A DNA stretch of 64,000 nucleotides from positions 320,001 through 384,000 of the forward strand of contig CAVQUB010000021.1 of NCBI GenBank assembly GCA_963716725.1, in the 5' to 3' direction. The stretch's first letter is position 1; each line of letters opens with the position of its first letter. Below, piece after piece: positions 54,729 through 64,000 of this stretch. The DNA is from an uncultured delta proteobacterium (lineage in GTDB: Bacteria > Myxococcota_A > Polyangia > Polyangiales > Polyangiaceae). Below the pieces are notes generated by a model. That model was not told where the DNA came from and searched no databases. It saw only the letters and a list, made by a program, of their open reading frames with translations. Both the position numbers and the translations under genes were made by a program.

Positions 54729-57428
54729 TCACGCCGCCGCCCGGCGCGCACGCAAGACGCCGAGGGCGGCCTTTCGGAGCTCCTCGATCACGAGGATGGT
54801 CGAGGCAATTGCGGCGGCGAGCAGCCAGTCGCTGGCGGTCAACGCCACGGTGCCAAACACCGCCCGAGCCGGCGCCCACGACACGGCCACGATCTGCAGC
54901 ACCGCGACCAGCGCCAGGGAGACCCACAGCCGCCAGTTTCGGAGGCTGGCCACCGTGAGCACCGAGTCTCGTTCCGTCCGCGCGTTGAAGACATTGAAGA
55001 TCTGGAACAAGACGAAGGTCGTGAACGCCAGCGTGAGCCCCCGCTCCGCACCGCCCACCGCGAGCCCCTGCCTGAACGCGAAGAGGGTCCCAATGGCCAT
55101 GATCACCCCGTAGAAGAACAGGGCGCGGAAGCGCCGCCACGGCAAGATGACGTCGGCTCGTTTGCGGGGAGGCAGCTCCATGTTGCCGGGTCGCGGCGGA
55201 TCCACGCCCAAGGTCATGGCCGGCGGTCCGTCCATGATGATGTTGATCCAGAGCAATTGAATGGCGGTGAAGGGAGCAGGCAGATCGAGGACGGAAGCGC
55301 CCGTGACGGTGAGGACGGCGCCGATGTTCGTCGAGAGCTGGAAGCGAACGAACTTCACGATGTTGTCGTAGATGTTCCGTCCCTCTTCCACCGCGCCGAC
55401 GATGGTCGCAAAGTTGTCGTCAGCCAAGACCACAGCCGCGGCCTCTTTGGTCACCTCGGTGCCGCTGAGTCCCATGGCGATGCCGATGTCGGCCTGCTTG
55501 ACCGCGGGGGCGTCGTTTACCCCGTCGCCGGTCATTGCCACGACGTGCTGCTTGGCCTGCAGAGCCCGCACGATGCGCAGCTTGTGCTCGGGCGACACCC
55601 TCGCAAAGACGCCAACGCCCTCGGCCTTGGCAGCGAGGTCTTCGTCGCTGATCGCCTCGATCTCGGCTCCCACCATTGATTCGCCCGAGATGCCCACATC
55701 CGCTGCGATGGCCAAGGCGGTCGCCTTCTGGTCGCCGGTGATCATCTTCACGCGAATTCCGGCCCGGATGCAGCGAGTCACCGCTGCGCGGGCTTCGGGT
55801 CGCGCCGGGTCGACAATGCCTATCAACCCAATGAAGGTGAGGTCCGCCGCGTACTCGGTCGATGGCTCGTCGACCAGATCCGTGGGCGCGATGCTGCGCT
55901 CCGCAACGGCTATCACTCTCATTGCCTGCCGGGCCAAGTGATCCGACTCGGCGACAATCGCAGCGTGAGATGCTTCGTCGATCCGAGCCACACCGGTGGC
56001 CGTGAGCACGCACGAGCTTCGAGCCAAGAGCACGTCGGGGGCGCCCTTCACGAGCACGCGTACCTGCCCACCTTCCCGGTGGAAGGTCGCCATGAGCTTC
56101 GTCGCCGAGTCGAAGGGAAGCTCGTCGATCCTCGGCAACCGTTTCGAGACGGCGTCGAGGTCCATGCCCGCCTTGAGCGCGAGGCCGAGCAAGGCTCCCT
56201 CGGTTGGGTCGCCGATCAGCTTGCCGTCTCGGATCTGCGCCTCGTTGCACAGCACCGCCGGGAGCAGGAGCGCTTCCAGATCGACGGCTTCGTCGCGCTC
56301 ACCGCGGATCTCACCCCGCGCACCGTAGCTGTCCCCCGACACCATGAATCGACGACCGCGGACCCAAACGGCGCGCGCGGTCATCTGATTCATGGTCAAG
56401 GTCCCCGTCTTGTCCGAGCAGATCACCGTCGTGCACCCCAACGTCTCGACGGCGGCCAGCTTCTTGACGATGGCCCGGCTGCGCGCCATTCGCTGCATGC
56501 CCAACGCCAGCGTGATGGTCACCACGGCGGGCAGCCCCTCGGGGATGGCAGCCACCGCCAGCGCGATGGCGTCCATCACCTCTTTCACCAGCGGCTCGCC
56601 GCGCAGGAGATCGACGACCAAGACCAACACGACCACCGCCAAGGCGATCAACGCCAGACGCCTTCCCAATCGGTCGAGCTCGACTTGCAGAGGTGTTTGG
56701 CTGGTGTCGGCGGCGTCGAGCATGCCGGCGAGCCTGCCCATTTGTGTGCTCATGCCCGTGTCCGTCACCATGAGTTCGAGGCGACCGCGGGTCACGACAG
56801 TGTTCATGAACGCGAGATTCGACCGCTCGGCAAGCACCGTCTCGGGTGGCAGCACGTCGCTCGCCCGTTTCTCGACCGCATGCGATTCGCCGGTCAGAGC
56901 CGACTCGTCGATCTCCACGTGATGGCTCTCGACGACGCGCCCGTCAGCGGGGATCCGGTCGCCGCCCTCCATCAGCACGACGTCCCCCGGCACGAGCTGC
57001 TCGACGTCGATCAGCTCCACGGCCCCCGCTCGGCGGACGCGCGCCGTTCCGACGAGCATGCGTTTGAGCGCAGCGACCGCAGCTTCTGCGCGATGCTCTT
57101 GGCCGTAGCCCAGAGCGGCGTTGAGCAGAACGACGGAGAGGATTACAGCGGCGTCCTTCAGATCGCCGATGGCGGCAGCGAGCGCTGAGGCCACCAGCAG
57201 CATGACGATGAGCAGGCTCTTGAACTGTTCCAGGAACAGCACCCATCCCGACTTGGGGGGGCGCCGGGCCAGGCGGTTTGGACCCTGCTCCGACAGGCGC
57301 TTCGCCGCTTCGCCGAGGCTCAGCCCCATGGAGCGCTCGGACCCCAAGCGCTCCGCCACCCGCGCCGCGGACTCGCAATGCCAGCTCGGCGAGCTGCCTC
57401 CGGAAACCTGCATGTCTCCCCCGGGCAA
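54729..57428 (-). CDS. cation-transporting P-type ATPase (type IIA, Ca2+-like)
   Basis: TGES, AIPEGL, DKTGT, KGAPD, MITGD, TGDGVNDAP, QLLWIN. Confidence 0.95.
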   Translation of the reverse strand: MPGGDMQVSGGSSPSWHCESAARVAERLGSERSMGLSLGEAAKRLSEQGPNRLARRPPKSGWVLFLEQFKSLLIVMLLVASALAAAIGDLKDAAVILSVVLLNAALGYGQEHRAEAAVAALKRMLVGTARVRRAGAVELIDVEQLVPGDVVLMEGGDRIPADGRVVESHHVEIDESALTGESHAVEKRASDVLPPETVLAERSNLAFMNTVVTRGRLELMVTDTGMSTQMGRLAGMLDAADTSQTPLQVELDRLGRRLALIALAVVVLVLVVDLLRGEPLVKEVMDAIALAVAAIPEGLPAVVTITLALGMQRMARSRAIVKKLAAVETLGCTTVICSDKTGTLTMNQMTARAVWVRGRRFMVSGDSYGARGEIRGERDEAVDLEALLLPAVLCNEAQIRDGKLIGDPTEGALLGLALKAGMDLDAVSKRLPRIDELPFDSATKLMATFHREGGQVRVLVKGAPDVLLARSSCVLTATGVARIDEASHAAIVAESDHLARQAMRVIAVAERSIAPTDLVDEPSTEYAADLTFIGLIGIVDPARPEARAAVTRCIRAGIRVKMITGDQKATALAIAADVGISGESMVGAEIEAISDEDLAAKAEGVGVFARVSPEHKLRIVRALQAKQHVVAMTGDGVNDAPAVKQADIGIAMGLSGTEVTKEAAAVVLADDNFATIVGAVEEGRNIYDNIVKFVRFQLSTNIGAVLTVTGASVLDLPAPFTAIQLLWINIIMDGPPAMTLGVDPPRPGNMELPPRKRADVILPWRRFRALFFYGVIMAIGTLFAFRQGLAVGGAERGLTLAFTTFVLFQIFNVFNARTERDSVLTVASLRNWRLWVSLALVAVLQIVAVSWAPARAVFGTVALTASDWLLAAAIASTILVIEELRKAALGVLRARRAAA

Positions 57429-57593
57429 AGCAACCCGCGAGCCAGGCGGCCATTTTCGAGGGACGGACCCGGGGACTGCGCAACGGATGCGTGCGCTCGC
57501 TTCGGCCGGTGCACCGGCTTCGCCACGCGGCTCTCGTCGTCCCTGTCGTTGCAGCGATTCGACGCCAATACTAGACGCTTGATCGGGGTGTGA

Positions 57594-58511
57594 ATGACCA
57601 ACGACGAGAAGCGAAGATCCCTCGGCAATGTTTGTGTCGCGACGGATCTGTCAGAAGGGGCGCACAACGCCATCGAACGCGCCGCAACGTTGCCGCTCGG
57701 GGTCGGCTCGAGCGTCGCCCTGCTCCACGTGATGCCGGAGGTGAGCGACGCGAGCGAGACCGAGCAACTCGAGACCCTCACCCGCCAATGCATGGAGGAC
57801 ATTCGTCAGACGGTGGCTCGCCGCCTCGAGACTTCCGGAACCGGAGCACGCGACGTGCTGCTCTCGCTGCATCCGGGCAAGCCCTTCGTCGAGATCGTCC
57901 GGAACGCGCGCCACGGCAAGGCCGAGCTCATCGTGGTCGGTCGTCACGGCGAGCGGACCTTTCTGGACTTGTTGATCGGCTCGACGGCCGAGCGCGTGAT
58001 CCGAAAGGGAGACGTCTCCGTCCTCGTGGTCGCCGCAGAGCCCGCGTCGGCGTACCGAAAGCCGTTGGTCGCCATCGACATGTCGGACAGCTCGGGCCGA
58101 GCACTGGAGCTCACGCTCGCGATGCTCGACTCCACCGTCGAGGCCCTCGACGTGGTGCATGTCATTTCGCTACCGAGTGCGGCGCATGTCTCCAACGCGG
58201 CGCTGGTGATGGAGCTCGAGCAGCGCCGCGCCGAGAGCGTGGAACGGGCACGCGGCGAGCTCTCCGAGTTCCTCGTGAGCCGCGGCGGCGCCGCGATGAA
58301 GTGGAACGTCGTGATTCGGACCGGCGATCCGCGACAGATCATCTTGGAAGAAGCGAAGCAGCGAGGCTCGGATCTGGTTGCCCTCGGCACGCAGGGGCGC
58401 ACCGGCCTGGCTCACATCCTCGTGGGCAGCGTGGCCGAGGCCGTGCTGCGCTCCGCCAGCTGCGACGTGCTCGTCGCGCGGCTCCCCCGCGTCGACTTCA
58501 GCTTGCCTTGA
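57594..58511 (+). CDS. universal stress protein (tandem USP domains)
   Basis: VATDLS, LIVVG..G..LIGSTAERV; second domain VAIDMS..LVGSVAEAV. Confidence 0.92.
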   Translation: MTNDEKRRSLGNVCVATDLSEGAHNAIERAATLPLGVGSSVALLHVMPEVSDASETEQLETLTRQCMEDIRQTVARRLETSGTGARDVLLSLHPGKPFVEIVRNARHGKAELIVVGRHGERTFLDLLIGSTAERVIRKGDVSVLVVAAEPASAYRKPLVAIDMSDSSGRALELTLAMLDSTVEALDVVHVISLPSAAHVSNAALVMELEQRRAESVERARGELSEFLVSRGGAAMKWNVVIRTGDPRQIILEEAKQRGSDLVALGTQGRTGLAHILVGSVAEAVLRSASCDVLVARLPRVDFSLP

Positions 58512-58667
58512 CCGGACGATGTGACTGGCCGCCGGGTCGCGCAGCGGCGATGATGGCCGAGATGCCCACCCGCGACACGGTCTGGAAAGCTGGCTTCTTC
58601 GCGGCCCGCAACCCCGGCGCGCCATCCACGCCCGGGGTGTATCGCTACGTATCTCGCGACTGAGCTC

Positions 58668-59588
58668 ATGCTCGCCCCTTGCCACCACGCGGGCTTCTTG
58701 GCCCAACCGATGCCAGCGCTCGGCGACGCAGAAGGCGCTCGCGTCCCGACCTCGCTGCCTCCGGTGGTGGACGCCCACGTACACGTGTTCTCCGACGGGA
58801 TGTTCGAGGCGATTTGGCGTTGGTTCGACGCCCACGGCTGGCCAGTCCGCTACCGCCTCTTCGCTCGCGACGTCATCGACTTCTTGTTGTCGCGCGGGGT
58901 CGAGCACGCGGTGCTGCTCCACTACGCCCACAAACCCGGCATCGCGCGCGGCATGAACGAGCTGGTGGCGGAGCTTGCCCGCGACGAGCCGAGAGTCACG
59001 GGACTGGCCACGGTATTTCCGGGCGAGCCCGGCGCCCGCCAGATCCTCGAGGACGCCATTGCGCTCGGCCTCGCCGGCGTGAAGCTCCACTGTCACGTCC
59101 AGTGCTTCTCGGCGGACGCGCCCGAGGTCGAAGACGTGGCTCGCACTCTGGAGGAGCACGACTTGCCTCTGGTGATCCACGCCGGGCGCGAGCCGAAGAG
59201 CCCCGCGTATCGCTGCGATCCGCACCAGATCTGCTCGGCGGATCGGACCGAAGCGCTGCTGCGTTCCTACCCGAAGTTGCGGGTCTGCGTTCCTCATCTG
59301 GGAGCCGACGAGTTTGCGGCCTACGCCCGCCTGCTCGAGCGGTACGACAACCTTTGGCTCGACACGACCATGGCGCTGGCCGGTTACTTCCCCGTGCTCG
59401 ATCCCTGGGACCTGGTGGAAATGCGCCCCGAGCGCGTGCTCTACGGCACCGACTTCCCCAACCTTCCCTTCGCCTGGGACCGAGAGCTCGCGCGCATCAC
59501 TGCGCGTGGCCTGAAAGAACCAGCGCTCGCGGCCCTGCTCGGTGAAACCGCTCGCGCCCTCTACACGAAGTCGCCGTCAGCACGCTAA
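58668..59588 (+). CDS. amidohydrolase family (Amidohydro_2) protein
   Basis: DAHVH, GVKLH, VIHAG, VPHLG, LYGTDFP. Confidence 0.9.
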   Translation: MLAPCHHAGFLAQPMPALGDAEGARVPTSLPPVVDAHVHVFSDGMFEAIWRWFDAHGWPVRYRLFARDVIDFLLSRGVEHAVLLHYAHKPGIARGMNELVAELARDEPRVTGLATVFPGEPGARQILEDAIALGLAGVKLHCHVQCFSADAPEVEDVARTLEEHDLPLVIHAGREPKSPAYRCDPHQICSADRTEALLRSYPKLRVCVPHLGADEFAAYARLLERYDNLWLDTTMALAGYFPVLDPWDLVEMRPERVLYGTDFPNLPFAWDRELARITARGLKEPALAALLGETARALYTKSPSAR

Positions 59589-59671
59589 CGCAGCCTTGGC
59601 CTCGCGCCCCGAAGTCCCGCGGGATCCGAAGCCCCGGGCGCGGGCACGCGGGTTGCTTGGCGCGCCATGCC

Positions 59672-60835
59672 ATGCGAACCCCTGTTCCCTCTCGCCTGCT
59701 CGTCCTGACGCTGCTGTGCTTCGCGACGGGCTGCGGCGACGACGCCTCGTCCAGCAGCGGAAACAACGCCGCGGGAGGTAGCGGTGGCGGAGCTAGCGGT
59801 GGCGGAGGAGGAAGCGGAAGCGGCAGCACGGGAGGCGTCGCCGGAAATCCCCAAGGCCCGTGGGCCGCCCAAGCGATCGAGCTCAGCTCTCTCACGGCGG
59901 TGTGGGGCGGCTTGGTCGCCCAAGAGTCCGCCACGCGCGCCTACTTGGCGGGTGGCCTCGCGTCGACCGGCGGAGGGGCCTCGAAGAAGGTCGTCCGGGT
60001 CGAGCAGAGCGGCTCGAGTGTCACCATCACCACCGTGAGCGAAGCGATCGCGGAGCGCTACTGCGGATGTGCGATGGTCGATCCGAAGCGCGGCGAGCTG
60101 ATCGTGCTCGGGGGTCGAGACGGCAGCTTCATGGACACTGCCACCGCGGAACTCATCGATCTCGCGAGCGGCGGCGTCTCCGTGCTCGACGCAGGCAGTG
60201 CGGCAGCGCACCCGGTGGGTTGCCACGCCGTCTTTCTCGCGGACCGCGACGAGGGTTATGTGTTCGGCGGAGCGTCGCAGTCGGCGGGCTTCGACAACAC
60301 GCTGTTCCGCTACTCACCAGGCGACCGCAGCTTCACCAAGCTCGAAATCTCGGGCGCCCTGCCCCCGGCGCGCTACGACGGCGCGTTTCGCTACCCGGCA
60401 GCCGGCGGCCCGCTCTACCTCGTGAGCGGCATGGGCTCCGGCGGCAGCGGCCCCGCGTTCTTCGGCGACGTGTGGACCTTCGATGCCGCCAGCCAACAGT
60501 GGAGCGAGATCGTACCCGCCGGCGCGACGCCGCCTGGCCGACGCTTGCCGTGGGTGACGTTCGCTGGAGACGCCAGCGCGCTCGTGATGGGCTTCGGATC
60601 CGACTCGCCCATGGGTCAGTCGATGTTGGGCGACCTGTGGCGCTTCGACCTCGCGACGAAGAGCTGGTCCGAGCCGGGGTTCTCGGGCACTGCCCCGCCC
60701 CTGCGGGGGTTCGCGCAGTGGCTTCCTGGCCCCGAGGGCACGGCGGGGCTGCTGAGCGGTGGCCTCGGAGAGATGGGCATGGTCACGCAGCAGCAGGTGT
60801 TGGCGCCGCCGACCGCCAGCGGGGGATGGCGCTGA
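59672..60835 (+). CDS. Kelch-repeat lipoprotein
   Basis: Lipobox ATGC, Gly linker, repeated (V/F)GG...D.W.FD....W blades. Confidence 0.82.
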   Translation: MRTPVPSRLLVLTLLCFATGCGDDASSSSGNNAAGGSGGGASGGGGGSGSGSTGGVAGNPQGPWAAQAIELSSLTAVWGGLVAQESATRAYLAGGLASTGGGASKKVVRVEQSGSSVTITTVSEAIAERYCGCAMVDPKRGELIVLGGRDGSFMDTATAELIDLASGGVSVLDAGSAAAHPVGCHAVFLADRDEGYVFGGASQSAGFDNTLFRYSPGDRSFTKLEISGALPPARYDGAFRYPAAGGPLYLVSGMGSGGSGPAFFGDVWTFDAASQQWSEIVPAGATPPGRRLPWVTFAGDASALVMGFGSDSPMGQSMLGDLWRFDLATKSWSEPGFSGTAPPLRGFAQWLPGPEGTAGLLSGGLGEMGMVTQQQVLAPPTASGGWR

Positions 60836-60870
60836 GCAGCCGTCCCACGATCGCGTGATAGCCTGACGGA

Positions 60871-61263
60871 ATGCGAGCTCGATACCTCCTGGTGTGTCTG
60901 CTGCTGACGACCGCGTGCAAACGGGAAGACCCTGGAGCGGGAACTGCTGCGAGCGCTTCTGCGCCGCAAGAGAAGTCGAAGCTCGGCGCCCAGCTGCTCG
61001 GCAAGTGGAACGATCAAGAGGACGGCACCCTCGCCTGGGAGTTCATGGCAGGGGGCAAGTGCAAGGCCTTCGGCAACCTGGACTGCGATTACGAGCTCGG
61101 GGCGGAGTCCGGCGCGGTGCTCCGGTTGCGCTACAAGACGACGGACAGCTGGGAGGACATCGAGCTCACCTTCGACGGCGCCGAGAAGGCGATCTGGAAG
61201 AACCTCACGGAGACCAAGTCCGATCCCGACGCGACGCCGACCAAGCTCGTGCGGACAAAATAG
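60871..61263 (+). CDS. hypothetical lipoprotein
   Basis: Lipobox TTAC; LLGKW lipocalin-like start. Confidence 0.75.
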   Translation: MRARYLLVCLLLTTACKREDPGAGTAASASAPQEKSKLGAQLLGKWNDQEDGTLAWEFMAGGKCKAFGNLDCDYELGAESGAVLRLRYKTTDSWEDIELTFDGAEKAIWKNLTETKSDPDATPTKLVRTK

Positions 61264-61287
61264 GGGAGCGGGCTTGCGCCTCGTCGT

Positions 61288-61310
61288 GTCACGATGTATC
61301 ACAACGTGAC
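61288..61310. promoter_or_regulatory. 23-bp imperfect palindrome, candidate operator
   Basis: GTCACGATGT-ATC-ACAACGTGAC (9/10 arm match) directly before the GGAGG RBS of the hydrolase. Confidence 0.5.
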
Positions 61311-61321
61311 TCGGAGGTCCC

Positions 61322-62287
61322 ATGGCGCTGGAAATGCTCGATTCCCCCCGATCGACTCGGATCGGCGACACGACGCTGGCTTGGACCGAGGTCGGCACCG
61401 GCCCTCCCCTGGTGCTCTTGCACGGCCTCGGCGACTGCCACCGGACCTGGCGCCGGGTGCTGCCGCTGCTTGCGCCGCACCACCGCCTGTTGATGGTGGA
61501 CCTTCCGGGACACGGTCTTTCGGGACGCCCGGACGCTCCCTACAGCTTGGCTTGGTACTCCGCGACGCTGGGCGGGTTCCTAGACTCGCTGGGCCTCGAA
61601 CGCGTGGGCATCGTCGGGCACTCCTTCGGCGGCGGCGTCGCTCAGTGGATGTTGCTCGATCACCCGGAGCGCATCGAACGCATGGTGCTCGTCGCACCCG
61701 GTGGCCTCGGGCGTGAGGTCGGCATCGGCATGCGCCTCGCCGCGTTTCCGGTGCTGGGCCCGCTGGTGACGCCCGTGGCGATGCGCCTGGGCACCCGCAT
61801 GATGATGCGCATCGCGTCGAGCGATCTCGGTAGGCCCGAGCCCGACGAGATCGATCGCCTGGCCTGGATGAACGCCGCGCCAGGAACGGGTCGCGCTTTC
61901 AACCGGACGGTGTCTGGCGCCATCGACTTGTTCGGTCAGTACATGCACACCTGGGATCGGATCCACGAGGTCTCGAGGCTGCCCCCCCTCATGCTGCATT
62001 GGGGCACGCATGATCGCGTGATCCCGTTCTCCCACGGGCTTCGAGCACGCGAGCGCCTCGAAGGCGCGGAGCTCCGGGTCTATCCCGGGGTCGGACACTT
62101 TCCGCACCTCGATCAACCCGCTCAATTCTCCGAAGCGGTCAGTCACTTCTTCGACGCGCGGGTCGAGCGCGGCCGGCCAGTGCTCCGCCAAGTCCCTGCG
62201 ACCCTCGAACGGAGGGGCGTGATAGTGCGCATGCTCGCTCGCATGGGCGGAGCGATGCGCAAGGCCCTGCGTCGCGCCGCTGCTTGA
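61322..62287 (+). CDS. alpha/beta fold hydrolase
   Basis: LLHG, DLPGHG, GHSFGG nucleophile elbow, WG..D, GHFPH. Confidence 0.92.
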   Translation: MALEMLDSPRSTRIGDTTLAWTEVGTGPPLVLLHGLGDCHRTWRRVLPLLAPHHRLLMVDLPGHGLSGRPDAPYSLAWYSATLGGFLDSLGLERVGIVGHSFGGGVAQWMLLDHPERIERMVLVAPGGLGREVGIGMRLAAFPVLGPLVTPVAMRLGTRMMMRIASSDLGRPEPDEIDRLAWMNAAPGTGRAFNRTVSGAIDLFGQYMHTWDRIHEVSRLPPLMLHWGTHDRVIPFSHGLRARERLEGAELRVYPGVGHFPHLDQPAQFSEAVSHFFDARVERGRPVLRQVPATLERRGVIVRMLARMGGAMRKALRRAAA

Positions 62288-62327
62288 CCGCACCCGACGC
62301 GCTGGCGAGGTGGCCTGACCGCCGTCG

Positions 62328-63300
62328 TCAGATGAGATCTACGCCCAGCCGCAGGGTCAGGGTCGGCAAGAAGCCGTACTTCTCGAGGCCTTCGTCGACG
62401 AAGGCGGTGGCGTCGTCGATCAGCGGTTCTTCGGCAGTGCCGCCGGTCGGTGTGGCCCGCGTCTCGGCGCTCATCACCTTGGTGGCGCCGATGGCCAACG
62501 CCAACACCACGCGCTCCGCGATTTTCCGCCTGGTAGCCCAGCTCGACGAAGCCGAAGCCCAGGGAGCTCTCGATGGCGTAGGTCCCGCCGAAACCCGGCA
62601 CGCCCCCGAGATCCGCCGTGGCGAGCTCGCCGTGCAAGTCGACTCGCGCGTAGCCCGCGTCCAAGTAGACGCCGACGTTTCGGAATGGACGCGATCCGGC
62701 GCCCACACGCCACGCTCGCCCGCCCTGAAAACCGCTCGCTAGGATCGTCGTGACGACCGGATCCGAGCTCACGGCGGCCCAGGCCCCGAGGATGCTGTCC
62801 CGATACATGCCGGGAACCCAGCCGTAGCCGCCAAAGAGGCGGAGCCCCGGCGGGGTCTCGAAGGTGACTTGCAGACCCGCGTCGATGGGCGCTCGCGTGG
62901 CGCCTTCAATCGAGAGCATCCAGCGATCGCGGTCGCGGCTCAAAGGTTCGCTCGGTGCGGTCGCGACATCGTCGGGAACTCGGGCCCACGAGCGACGCCG
63001 CGGAAACGCCACGACCTCCCAGCTGGGCTCGGCCGGTGACGTCGACTCGACGCGCGGCTGGGGCACGGCCCTGGGCTGCGCCGGGCCGCGTGCCACCGCT
63101 GCCGGCGGAGTTGCGGGCGGTGGAAGGGGGAGCGCGGCGACCGCTGTCGGACGTCTGTCCAAGCTCGACACGCGCACGGGCAATGCCGCCTCGGACTCGG
63201 TGGGCAGGGGAAAACTCGCCTTTCCCGTGGGTGGCTCGGCCGCAAGCGTCGCGCTGCTGACGGTCAGCAGGAACAGCGCGGTTTGAAGGGCTAGTCGCAT
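62328..63300 (-). CDS. putative outer-membrane protein, apparent frameshift at 62522-62525
   Basis: Signal peptide, Pro-rich linker, beta strands; removing one base from the T4 run joins YQAE to IAERVVLAL...LRLGVDLI. Confidence 0.7.
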
Positions 63301-63479
63301 GAGCGGTGAACACCCAGATCGATGCGGGCGCTCCGTCTGGGATTCACGGCTCGTCGCGCGGGACCTTTAGGTCGAAACCGCAAATACTCGCGCGCCGGGC
63401 CCGTGCGCCGGCCGGAGCCGCGCCAACCGCCCAGCGCCGCCATGGCGCGCATGAGCGCCCGGTGCTCTTCCGTGGTGCG

Positions 63480-64000
63480 CTACTTTGCGCAGGCGCTCTT
63501 GTCGCCCAACTTACAGGCCTTGGCGGAGAACTCGGCGGCTTTCTCTGCGTCGCGACCCACCCCGGAGCCCTTGCGGTAGGCCATGGCAGCATTGGTGCAA
63601 CCGTCTGCGTGCTCAGCCGCGCAGGCCGTCTCGAATAGTCCGGCCCCCCGCGCTGCGTCCTTCTTCATGCCAAGGCCATCGAAACAGATGGCCCCGGCCA
63701 GGTTGCAGGCCATGCCGCGCTTGCTGAACGCGGCGTCGTCGCAGCTCGCTGCTAGATGACCCAGGGCGGCGGCGTAGTCCTTCTTCGCTCGGAAGAGCGC
63801 CACCCCGAGCACGAAGCAACCGTCATCGAATTTCGCGGTGCAGGCCTTCTGTGCGAGCGGCACGGCTGCTGCGGGGTCGCCCGGCTCCTTGTCGAGCAGC
63901 ACTCCCGCAGCAGCACGACAACCGCGCATGGACAACTTCTCGCAGGCCTTCTTGGCCAGTTCGAGGGCCGCTTCCGGGTTCTTCTCGGTGCCCAGACCGT
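63480..64000 (-). CDS. Sel1-like repeat protein (5'-partial)
   Basis: Repeated KAC......GC..(L/A)G and G.G...D...A...F..AC motifs; the frame is open to the window edge. Confidence 0.85.
   Translation of the reverse strand, partial: GLGTEKNPEAALELAKKACEKLSMRGCRAAAGVLLDKEPGDPAAAVPLAQKACTAKFDDGCFVLGVALFRAKKDYAAALGHLAASCDDAAFSKRGMACNLAGAICFDGLGMKKDAARGAGLFETACAAEHADGCTNAAMAYRKGSGVGRDAEKAAEFSAKACKLGDKSACAK

Overview
High-GC chromosomal segment whose gene content points to a myxobacterium (Myxococcota, probably Polyangia-like): a Ser/Thr kinase, an ECF sigma/FecR pair, FGE-sulfatase proteins and many Cys-rich and Gly-linker lipoproteins. About 55 plausible genes are present. Housekeeping genes include priA, aspartokinase, an IF-1 paralog, an Slt-type lytic transglycosylase and a P-type ATPase. 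No rRNA, tRNA or CRISPR array was seen. Most notable observations: (1) an IS630-type element with intact ends (28493-29741) whose transposase catalytic half is replaced by a GxxExxY nuclease-family gene bracketed by its own ~33-bp inverted repeats; (2) a recurring pattern of orphan gene 3' tails ending in intact stop codons, two of which form 81-bp diverged direct repeats around a single-gene cassette; (3) a 4-hydroxybenzoyl-CoA-reductase-like hcrC-A-B set split by a 6.2-kb block, with an FNR/CRP-like box upstream; (4) a three-gene operon of two radical SAM enzymes plus a CoA-disulfide-reductase/rhodanese homolog lacking both catalytic cysteines; (5) an orphan SPPY-type DNA methyltransferase next to a C-terminally truncated LeuA-family gene. 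Four single-base frameshifts fall in short homopolymers and are probably sequencing errors. All family assignments come from motif recognition by eye; no database searches were run.
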